From an uncultured Clostridia bacterium (lineage in GTDB: Bacteria > Bacillota > Clostridia > Oscillospirales > Acutalibacteraceae): 64,000 nucleotides of DNA. The position numbers were made by a program, and so were the translations under genes. This document shows, piece after piece, positions 39,846 through 46,722 of the stretch. The notes beneath the pieces are model-generated. The model did not search any database, was not told the DNA's origin, and was given only the letters and a program-made list of their open reading frames with translations. The stretch is taken from contig CALCYI010000002.1 in the NCBI GenBank assembly GCA_937907605.1, positions 48,852-112,851 of the forward strand, written 5' to 3'. Each line of letters starts with the position of its first letter. Positions within the stretch are counted from its first letter, which is position 1.

Positions 39846-40793
39846 ATGCACTTACTCAAAATAGATAAAAACCACTATATCGGTCAGGCTGACCCGTACA
39901 TACTAAAAGCAAACGGAAGATATTATATCTACACCACGGGTCACGACGGAATTTACGCCTATCAGTCGGACAGCCTTTTTGAAAACTGGGAGTTTTACGG
40001 AAGGGTTATGACGGTAGAAGGTCACGAGGGCTTCTGGGCACCGAGCGTAATAGAGCTTGACGGGACGTACTATATGTATAACTCCTTTGAGTTCTTCGGC
40101 GATACGCCCGACAAGGGCGGTCACCGCCAGACTATGCACGTATCCACCGCAAAGAGTCCGCTCGGTCCGTTTGAAAACCCGAGGCAGCTTCTTCACCCGT
40201 TTTCAATAGATTCGCATATTGTTAAAAACGAAAGCGGACTGTTTTTGTTTTACTCAACAAATCGCTTTGAGGGCGACAGGATAGGTACGTATATAGTCGT
40301 TGACCGTATGCTCGACCCCTTCACGCCCGAGGGCAATCCGAAAGCCGTGGTCGTACCGACGCTTGACGAGGATATATTCCGCCGCGACAGATATAAAAAG
40401 GGCGAGCACTGGCACACTATCGAGGGCGCGTTTTACTTTTGCGAGGGCGACTGGCACTATCTTATGTATTCGGGAAACTGCTTTGAGCAGCCTACCTATT
40501 ACATAGGCTACACAAGGGCGAAAACAGACGAAACAGACCTTACGAAAATAAATTTTGAAAAGTATCCCGACGATAAAACCTACTGCCCCGTTCTGTCCGC
40601 AAACGAATTTGAGGAGGGCACGGGACATCATTCGATGATTAAAGAGGACGGACAGTGGTACGCGATTTATCACGCGCGCGACTATAACGACGGGCTCGGC
40701 GCGGATGCATTTGACGCAAGGAACGCGAGAATATGCAAACTGAACGTTAAGGACGGTATTATTACCGCCGAAAGATATAAGGACCATATATGA
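39846..40793 (+). CDS. Glycoside hydrolase family 43 protein
   Basis: ADPYILKANGRYYIYTT, FWAPSV and EGAFYF are typical five-bladed propeller motifs. Confidence 0.65.
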   Translation: MHLLKIDKNHYIGQADPYILKANGRYYIYTTGHDGIYAYQSDSLFENWEFYGRVMTVEGHEGFWAPSVIELDGTYYMYNSFEFFGDTPDKGGHRQTMHVSTAKSPLGPFENPRQLLHPFSIDSHIVKNESGLFLFYSTNRFEGDRIGTYIVVDRMLDPFTPEGNPKAVVVPTLDEDIFRRDRYKKGEHWHTIEGAFYFCEGDWHYLMYSGNCFEQPTYYIGYTRAKTDETDLTKINFEKYPDDKTYCPVLSANEFEEGTGHHSMIKEDGQWYAIYHARDYNDGLGADAFDARNARICKLNVKDGIITAERYKDHI

Positions 40794-41851
40794 GCTGGAA
40801 AGATAACTTAAGGAAAATTGAACCCTACGTCCCCGGCGAACAGAGCAAGGAAAAGGATATCGTTAAGCTAAACGCAAACGAAAACCCCTATCCCCCGTCG
40901 CCGAAGGCAATTCAGGCGTTAAAGGATTTTAACGCAGAATCCTTGCGCCTTTATCCGCCCGCCGACGCGACTCCGCTGAAAAAAGCGATAGCCGATTACT
41001 ACGGAGTAGGAGTTAATAACGTATTCCTCGGAAACGGCTCCGACGACGTGCTCGCGCTCGCGTTTCAGGCGTTTTTCAACGGGGATAAGCCGATAGCTTA
41101 CCCCGATATTACCTACAGCTTTTATCCCGTATGGTGCAGGCTTTTCGGTATCCCGTACAAGACCTATCCGCTTGACGAAAACTTCCGCATTAATCCAGAG
41201 GATTACAGGGAGGAAAACGGCGGCGTTGTACTCCCGAACCCGAACGCTCCAACCTCTATCGGCGAGGATACTGAATTTATACAGAAAATCCTTGATTATA
41301 ACCGCGACAGTGTCGTTATCATCGACGAGGCGTATGCCGATTTCGGAGTACAAAGCGCGGCGCTTTTCGTTGACAGCGACAGTTATCAGAACCTGCTCGT
41401 AACGGGAACGTTCTCGAAATCACGCTCGCTTGCAGGTCTGAGAATAGGCTTTGCGATAGGCTCAAAGGCGCTTATTTCCGTGCTTGAAGCGGTTAAGAAT
41501 TCCTACAATTCCTACACCGTTGATTCCCTTTCAATCGCAATGGGCATCGCTTCGTTTGAGGACAGGGATTACTTTACGGCAACGGTGGATAAGATTATCG
41601 CAACGAGGGAGAGAATGACGGCGCGCCTCAGGGAGCTCGGCTTTACCGTGCTTGATTCAAGCGCTAACTTCATTTTCGCAACACACAATGATTACAGTAT
41701 GAAGGAATTATTTGAATACCTCAAAACGGAAAAGGTATTCATAAGGTACTTCAACCTCCCGAGAATTGATAATTATATCAGAGTGACGGTAGGCACAGAC
41801 GAAGAGGTTGATATATTCCTGAAAGAAACCGAAGCATATATAAGGAGGTAA
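40790..41851 (+). CDS. hisC: Histidinol-phosphate aminotransferase
   Basis: IEPYVPGEQ, LNANENPYPPSP and the TFSKSRSLAGLRIG PLP-lysine motif. Confidence 0.85.
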   Translation: MSWKDNLRKIEPYVPGEQSKEKDIVKLNANENPYPPSPKAIQALKDFNAESLRLYPPADATPLKKAIADYYGVGVNNVFLGNGSDDVLALAFQAFFNGDKPIAYPDITYSFYPVWCRLFGIPYKTYPLDENFRINPEDYREENGGVVLPNPNAPTSIGEDTEFIQKILDYNRDSVVIIDEAYADFGVQSAALFVDSDSYQNLLVTGTFSKSRSLAGLRIGFAIGSKALISVLEAVKNSYNSYTVDSLSIAMGIASFEDRDYFTATVDKIIATRERMTARLRELGFTVLDSSANFIFATHNDYSMKELFEYLKTEKVFIRYFNLPRIDNYIRVTVGTDEEVDIFLKETEAYIRR

Positions 41852-41853
41852 AA

Positions 41854-42279
41854 ATGGAAAAGCTATTTAAAGCGCTTGCGGTAATTACAAACGCGGCAAA
41901 CTACGCAGTCGGTATTGCTGTTGCAATAATTCTGATTTTTAAGACGGACTTTATTTCCGTTTTTTATATCAGCTCAATGACGACCAATGAATGTCTGTTT
42001 TTCAACCTTATAATGTTCCAGCTCGGTTTAATGCTTGTGGGCATACTAATCTGCATTATGGCAAACGATTATAAGAAGAATGAAAAGGTAATCGAATTCC
42101 CCGTGTTTTACGAATTAATACCGATAGCTATAACGGTTATAAGTATTTTCTACGGCTTCCGCGGAGAAACCTCAAGGGAGAAGCTTATTGTAATCGCGTG
42201 CGCCGTGCTCTATTCGGTAATTTCGGCGGTAATAGTATACTGCGGCTCAAGAATTTTCCAGATTTTAGGTAAAGAATAA
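41854..42279 (+). CDS. Small integral membrane protein (141 aa)
   Basis: Four hydrophobic segments; translationally coupled to hisC. Confidence 0.45.
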   Translation: MEKLFKALAVITNAANYAVGIAVAIILIFKTDFISVFYISSMTTNECLFFNLIMFQLGLMLVGILICIMANDYKKNEKVIEFPVFYELIPIAITVISIFYGFRGETSREKLIVIACAVLYSVISAVIVYCGSRIFQILGKE

Positions 42280-42291
42280 GCGCATAATCGG

Positions 42292-42320
42292 TTGACTTTT
42301 AAAAGCTTTTATGATAATAT
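42292..42320 (+). promoter_or_regulatory. SigA-type promoter upstream of tRNA-Ala
   Basis: TTGACT, 17 nt spacer, TAATAT with an extended TGn. Confidence 0.55.
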
Positions 42321-42350
42321 TTTTCAGGAGTCAAAAGCTCCTGAATATAT

Positions 42351-42426
42351 GGGCCTGTAGCTCAGCTGGGAGAGTGCCGCGTTCGCAATGCGGAGGTCGA
42401 GGGTTCGAACCCCTTCAGGTCCACCA
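42351..42426 (+). tRNA. tRNA-Ala (anticodon CGC)
   Basis: Cloverleaf folded by hand: acceptor GGGCCTG/CAGGTCC with G3:U70, anticodon loop TTCGCAA, T-loop TTCGAAC, encoded CCA. Confidence 0.9.
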
Positions 42427-42428
42427 AA

Positions 42429-42557
42429 GGTATTATACCGTCGCTTACGGTATAATACGTTTCTTGAAGGGGTGAGAAACGAAACACCGCTTGTCACGAC
42501 CGCAGGGAGCGAGAAGCGGGAGAAACAGTCCGGTGGACTGTTTCGTTGTTGAGAGGA
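42429..42557 (+). other. 129-nt structured spacer bracketed by a 22-nt duplication of the tRNA-Ala 3' end
   Basis: Copies of GAACCCCTTCAGGTCCACCAAA at 42407-42428 and 42558-42579. The spacer contains several hairpins (for example AACAGTCC-GGTG-GGACTGTT). Confidence 0.6.
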
Positions 42558-42583
42558 GAACCCCTTCAGGTCCACCAAAATCA

Positions 42584-42607
42584 AAATACCGCCAATGGCG
42601 GTATTTT
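42584..42607 (+). terminator. Hairpin plus T-run after the duplicated tRNA end
   Basis: AAATACCGCC-AAT-GGCGGTATTTT. Confidence 0.45.
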
Positions 42608-42642
42608 ACGGCTTCGGCTTCTTGTACTGTCGCCGATTATAA

Positions 42643-42718
42643 GGGGCATTAGCGCAGCTGGGAGCGCACCACACTGGCAGTGTGGGGGTCAGGGGTTCAA
42701 GTCCCCTATGCTCCACCA
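42643..42718 (+). tRNA. tRNA-Ala (anticodon GGC)
   Basis: Acceptor GGGGCAT/ATGCTCC with G3:U70, anticodon stem CCACA/TGTGG with loop CTGGCAG, T-loop TTCAAGT, encoded CCA. Confidence 0.9.
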
Positions 42719-42720
42719 AT

Positions 42721-42759
42721 AAAACTCTGACACCTTTAGGTGTTGGAGTTTTATTTTTT
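42721..42759 (+). terminator. Rho-independent terminator after tRNA-Ala(GGC)
   Basis: Long stem AAACTCTGACACC-TTTA-GGTGTTGGAGTTT followed by a T-run. Confidence 0.65.
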
Positions 42760-42786
42760 GAACCTTTCTCATATGATATAACGGTG

Positions 42787-43191
42787 ATGAAAATGCTGTC
42801 TGCAATACTTTCCTTTATCGGTGCGAATATTCTCTTTTTAATCCTGCACATCCAGAACTCCTCCTCTTTTCCGAAGCCGCTTTCCGCAAAGGAGGAAAAG
42901 GAATACCTGCTTAAAATGGCGGACGGGGATATGAACGCGCGGGCTGTGCTTATTGAGCGTAATCTTCGCCTTGTATCCCATATCGTGAAAAAATACTACT
43001 CCAAAACGAACGATACCGACGAGCTGATTTCAATCGGCACGATAGGACTTATCAAGGCGGTGGACTCCTTTGATATGAATAAGGGAATACACCTTGCAAC
43101 CTACGCTTCAAGGTGTATAGAAAATGCTATACTAACACAGCGGATACTTTTGACGGTGTTTTCACTCAGAATGTGTTCCATGTCCCGCTAA
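42787..43191 (+). pseudogene. sigK: sigK 5' portion (pro-sequence plus regions 1.2-2.4), interrupted by inserted DNA near 43126-43137
   Basis: MKMLSAILSFIGANILFLILHIQNSSSFPKPLSAKEEKEYL...LIERNLRLVSHIVKKY...LISIGTIGLIKAVDSF...LATYASRCIEN matches pro-sigma-K. After CIEN(AIL) the frame reads non-sigma sequence and stops at 43191. No regions 3-4 appear anywhere in the window. Confidence 0.75.
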
Positions 43192-43724
43192 TTGACGAAT
43201 GGAGCGTTTTATCCGCCGATAATCGACTCGCCTTGCTCCACAGGATACATTACGGTAAAATTGAGTATGGAGTTTTCTTTTCGTATCGTGTTTTCGTGAA
43301 CGATTTTAAGCAGTACTCCAAAAAATCGTATGAGCAGATTGACGGCAACACGCTGCACGGCAGGATTCGTAAAAGAAGAATTGACAAACAGATATATGTA
43401 GGCGATATACACAAATTACTCGGTGTCAGTTATTCGCAGTATATTAAAATAGAAAACGGCGAGTATCAGCTTCATCATATGGACAAGCTTATTAGGCTTT
43501 GCGAGATACTTAATATAGCGCCCGAAGAGATTTACACGCCTTACCAGATTTTCATTATGAACAACCAGGGCAAGCAGATAAAAGCGTATAGAAAAGCTAA
43601 TGGTTTAACGCAAACCGAATTAGCAGAACGTCTTTTCGTACATAGAAAGACCGTTTCAAAATGGGAAAATAACACCTGTCAAATGCCGTTTGAGAAATGG
43701 GAAAAAATCAACGGTGTTTGTTAA
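43113..43724 (+). CDS. XRE-family regulator with two HTH_3 domains (start codon uncertain)
   Basis: LHGRIRKRRIDKQIYVGDIHKLLGVSYSQYIKIENG and IKAYRKANGLTQTELAERLFVHRKTVSKWENN. The track start is a GTG inside the sigK fragment, and there is no internal ATG before the first HTH. Confidence 0.55.
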   Translation: MYRKCYTNTADTFDGVFTQNVFHVPLIDEWSVLSADNRLALLHRIHYGKIEYGVFFSYRVFVNDFKQYSKKSYEQIDGNTLHGRIRKRRIDKQIYVGDIHKLLGVSYSQYIKIENGEYQLHHMDKLIRLCEILNIAPEEIYTPYQIFIMNNQGKQIKAYRKANGLTQTELAERLFVHRKTVSKWENNTCQMPFEKWEKINGVC

Positions 43725-43769
43725 GAAAGAATACGCCGCAACGGATGATATTGATCCGCTGCGGCTTTT

Positions 43770-43934
43770 TTACAGTTCCTTTTTCAGTTCTTTGAGTATT
43801 TCCGTCTTTTCGGCATACGAAATCGGAAAGGAGTTTATCCTTTCAAGCATAGCCTTGCCGACGATATATCCGGCTTGCTTTTCAAATTCTTTCCATTGAT
43901 CTTCGCTTTTCGGCAGATAAACTATCGCTTTCAT
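43770..43934 (-). CDS. Small hypothetical protein (54 aa, below the ORF-track cutoff)
   Basis: Own translation: MKAIVYLPKSEDQWKEFEKQAGYIVGKAMLERINSFPISYAEKTEILKELKKEL. GGGGAGAG lies upstream, and a terminator hairpin (43741-43770) lies downstream. Confidence 0.3.
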   Translation of the reverse strand: MKAIVYLPKSEDQWKEFEKQAGYIVGKAMLERINSFPISYAEKTEILKELKKEL

Positions 43935-44061
43935 AATATACTCTCTCCCCTGCTGTTGAAAGTATATTCAAGGAACTGCTTGTCATAGAACTTAATTGCC
44001 ATAAGGCAACACTATTCCTTACTTGATTTTATATCAACCTCCTTAATTTATAATCTCTTTG

Positions 44062-44077
44062 CAGTTCGCACTGCGGG
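44062..44077. repeat. 16-nt repeat copy A: CAGTTCGCACTGCGGG (contains palindrome CGCA-C-TGCG)
   Basis: Matches 46128-46143 at 15 of 16 positions in the same orientation. It lies just 3' of the relaxase gene. Confidence 0.6.
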
Positions 44078-44134
44078 TTTAATAGTTTTCACAATACTTA
44101 CCTTTCTACCTGACTGTCGTCAGGATTTTTTCAT

Positions 44135-45667
44135 TTACATCGACTGACCGAAGCCTTCGTCTTCATCAAGGTCTTCGTCAGTGTCGTTACTGTTGTTCTG
44201 ATTTGTGTTTTGAAGTTGTTGCTGATAGCGTTGCTGCTGGATTGCACGGCGGAGGGAGAAGTCAATAATGCCTGTGCCGATGTTGAGAAGCGCTTCTGCG
44301 TTTTCGGCTGCCCTGCGGCTGTCTTCTTCATTCTTCTCCACCTTCGTGTATTCGCCGCCGACGGAACGCTCGCCGTGAGCAATGCGTTTCTGCTGCTCTT
44401 TGGTGAGCTCCTTGCTGTCCGTCTGCTGTCGCTTTTGCGCATTGATTTCGTTGATGCGGTCAGCTGCCTTGCTGTTGAACAGCGTGGCAATGGATTGCAG
44501 CAGGCTGTTGTAAATATTCGTGTTCTTGCCGATATTCTTCCAGCCGTTATCCGCTCCGAAGATCAGCGATTCCAGTACCGCTTTTATCAGCATATTTTTC
44601 AGCGATTTGAATTCCTTGTTCGCTTCAATCGGAATGTCAGGTGTTTTCTCGCTGTCGTGATAGAGCGCAAGTTTCAGGCGGTTAATCTCGTTCCACTTTG
44701 CGTACATATACTGAAGCGGCAGATTTTCATTTACGATATGCTTCAGCAAATTATCTACGGTGTTCTTGACGTTCTTGGGAAGATAACCGTAAATCTTTTT
44801 GCCTTTGCAAGCATTAAGCTCATTTTGCAGTTGCTTAATCAGTTCAGCAGTTTCATCCGTAATCGGAAATCGCCTGCAGGATATTCCTTCAAGCACTTCT
44901 TTCATCTCCGCTTTCAATTCGTCACGAACGCCCGTCTGCTCTCTGAATAATTTCAGTTGTTCGTTACGGAAAATATCGTTACCGAAGGTACTGCGCATCT
45001 TTTCCATTCCCTTTTTCGTAAGATAGCCCTGACCGGTTTTTGATAAGACTATCAGGTGAATATGCGGATGATGCGTCGTGTTATGAAACGCTGCATACCA
45101 TTCCATATCGCTCGGTTTAAGCTTATGCGCTTCGGCAAGCTCATTCATATTACGGCGCACACATTGTTTCCATGCATCTGCATTGTTGTAGCCAAGGCGT
45201 TCAGCGTCTTCACGGCGCAGGCTGACGACGTGCGTCCAGACGACTCCCTGATGATTTGAAACTTTTTCGGCAATGTCGTCAAGGTTAATCGCTTCGTCCG
45301 TTGCAGAAAACAGACCGTGCGAGCCGAGTTTTTCAACGCCCGGGCGCTCGGCAATATATGAAACAAGGCTCTTAAGTTCATCGGTACGGTCAGCGTCACG
45401 CTCGGCTACTGCGTCGATAAACTCATTGGCGTTAGCTTTGGACGGTTTTGAAATGAAATCGTCGAACTCAATATATTTTTTCGTATCGGGAAAGCATTTT
45501 GTAATTCTGTTTATCAGAGTGAATTGCTGCTGAGTAGCAATAGCGTTGTCAGTACCTTTCGGTAACTTTTCAACGCCCTCACGAGTACCCATATACTTTA
45601 CGAGTTTTCCTGCATTTTGAACGGACGGATTTTTAATGAACCTGCTTGATACAATTATCTTTGCCAT
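44135..45667 (-). CDS. Conjugative relaxase, MobL-like (HUH-type with HxH metal site)
   Basis: N-terminal MAKIIVSSRFIKN...LVKYMGTREGVEKL and HNTTHHPHIHLIV (histidine triad), followed by a coiled-coil, Gln-rich C-terminus. Confidence 0.65.
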   Translation of the reverse strand: MAKIIVSSRFIKNPSVQNAGKLVKYMGTREGVEKLPKGTDNAIATQQQFTLINRITKCFPDTKKYIEFDDFISKPSKANANEFIDAVAERDADRTDELKSLVSYIAERPGVEKLGSHGLFSATDEAINLDDIAEKVSNHQGVVWTHVVSLRREDAERLGYNNADAWKQCVRRNMNELAEAHKLKPSDMEWYAAFHNTTHHPHIHLIVLSKTGQGYLTKKGMEKMRSTFGNDIFRNEQLKLFREQTGVRDELKAEMKEVLEGISCRRFPITDETAELIKQLQNELNACKGKKIYGYLPKNVKNTVDNLLKHIVNENLPLQYMYAKWNEINRLKLALYHDSEKTPDIPIEANKEFKSLKNMLIKAVLESLIFGADNGWKNIGKNTNIYNSLLQSIATLFNSKAADRINEINAQKRQQTDSKELTKEQQKRIAHGERSVGGEYTKVEKNEEDSRRAAENAEALLNIGTGIIDFSLRRAIQQQRYQQQLQNTNQNNSNDTDEDLDEDEGFGQSM

Positions 45668-46071
45668 CAGTTGTCACCGCTCATAAGTTCGTCCGCTTCT
45701 TCCAGAGAAATATATCCGTTGGTCTGAGCAACTTCTTCATTGACAACCTTATTAAGTTCTTGCCAGTCCACGCCTGTATAATCATTAAACGCTGCGTTAA
45801 GACGGTTTAATTTTCCGATTTCAACCGCCATCTTGAAGAGCATTTCGCACATACCTTTTTCCGTATGACGAATTTCATTTTTGATTACTGAAGTTATCAT
45901 CGGCGAGAGATAATCTGCATTTTCATTTTGCAAAAGGTAGCCGATATAGAAATCAATCGCCGTGCGGACGAAGTCACTTCGGTTGACGCAGTTGGATAAA
46001 GGCAGCACTTTATCCATTTGTTTCACCTGACTAGGCAGCTGAAAGTACGCAAACTTTTTCATCGTTTCCAT
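45667..46071 (-). CDS. Relaxosome accessory protein (ribbon-helix-helix-like)
   Basis: RSDFVRTAIDFYIGYL RHH-like segment, and a stop/start overlap with the relaxase. Start moved to ATG 46071 (AGGAG 9 nt upstream). Confidence 0.5.
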   Translation of the reverse strand: METMKKFAYFQLPSQVKQMDKVLPLSNCVNRSDFVRTAIDFYIGYLLQNENADYLSPMITSVIKNEIRHTEKGMCEMLFKMAVEIGKLNRLNAAFNDYTGVDWQELNKVVNEEVAQTNGYISLEEADELMSGDN

Positions 46072-46127
46072 TGTAATCATCTCCTGAATTGTTAATTTGA
46101 GCATACCCCTGTAAAAAATTTCAAAAA

Positions 46128-46143
46128 CAGTCCGCACTGCGGG
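46128..46143. repeat. 16-nt repeat copy B: CAGTCCGCACTGCGGG (palindrome CCGCA-C-TGCGG); candidate oriT core
   Basis: Located about 60 nt upstream of the accessory and relaxase genes. Confidence 0.5.
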
Positions 46144-46151
46144 CTGATGTC

Positions 46152-46184
46152 AAAAGCGAGGCGTGGCGAGATACGCCTCGCTTT
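46152..46184 (-). terminator. Strong hairpin terminator
   Basis: AAAGCGAGGCGT-GGCGAGAT-ACGCCTCGCTTTT. Confidence 0.6.
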
Positions 46185-46295
46185 TACCTGCTTTCAATAA
46201 TTTCTTCGAAATATTGAAATAATCAATCAAGTTTCAGCGTCAATTTTCGTTTCAGAGGTATTTCTTATTATTTTTATTAAGTTTTTAAACCACCC

Positions 46296-46604
46296 CTACC
46301 AAATTTTATTGATAGTGTAGAGATTAGAGAGTCTGTTGCCGTTTGTGTAATCATATCGGTGCGTAATTGAAATCAAACCTTTATCCTCAAGCACCTTAAT
46401 CGCTTCATCAACCGTAGGCTCGGACATACAGCATTCTTTGGCGATAGTGCTTCTTGAAGGATAGCAGTTAAACTTTTTCATATCTGCACGGTGAAACAGA
46501 TAACAGTAAACGGCAAAGTCCCTCGCCTTCAGTTTTTCTTTATAGATACAATTCGGTACGATAAAGAAATTGCCTGAAGGGAATTTTTTGTTACTATGAA
46601 CCAT
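46296..46604 (-). CDS. Winged-helix DNA-binding protein (plasmid/ICE replication- or regulator-like)
   Basis: FFIVPNCIY...ARDFAVYCYLFHRADMKKFNCYPSRSTIAKECCMSEPTVDEAIKVLEDKGLI is typical of helix-turn-helix-domain proteins on Firmicute mobile elements. Confidence 0.55.
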   Translation of the reverse strand: MVHSNKKFPSGNFFIVPNCIYKEKLKARDFAVYCYLFHRADMKKFNCYPSRSTIAKECCMSEPTVDEAIKVLEDKGLISITHRYDYTNGNRLSNLYTINKIW

Positions 46605-46678
46605 AATTAAACTTTTCCTTTCGCAGTATTAAATACCGTGTCCTAAAAAGGGAAATAAAAGTGGACACAATATTCATA

Positions 46679-46707
46679 TTGCATTTTGAAAGGTTATGTG
46701 ATAAAAT
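46679..46707 (+). promoter_or_regulatory. SigA-type promoter of the polymerase-like gene
   Basis: TTGCAT, 17 nt spacer, TAAAAT with an extended TGn. Confidence 0.5.
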
Positions 46708-46722
46708 CTAATCGGTGATGAT

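Noticed and set aside
42760-42786. CATATGATA upstream of sigK, as a possible sigma-E/K-type -10 box (CATAnnnTA).
   Set aside because: It lies only about 10 nt from the start codon, and there is no matching -35 element because the tRNA terminator occupies that position.
42324-42851. Minus-strand ORFs 42324-42584 and 42606-42851, and the 42682 start of the plus-strand ORF.
   Set aside because: They run through the two tRNA-Ala genes and their terminators. The only real coding sequence here is the sigK fragment starting at 42787.
43935-44134. Possible roughly 70-nt plus-strand small RNA, from a TATAAT at 44049-44054 to the hairpin plus T-run at 44111-44133, and a 23-aa upstream ORF coupled to the 54-aa ORF.
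   Set aside because: No acceptable -35 box lies at 17 nt spacing. Evidence is limited to a -10-like hexamer and a terminator-like hairpin, so it is kept only as context for the 16-nt repeat.
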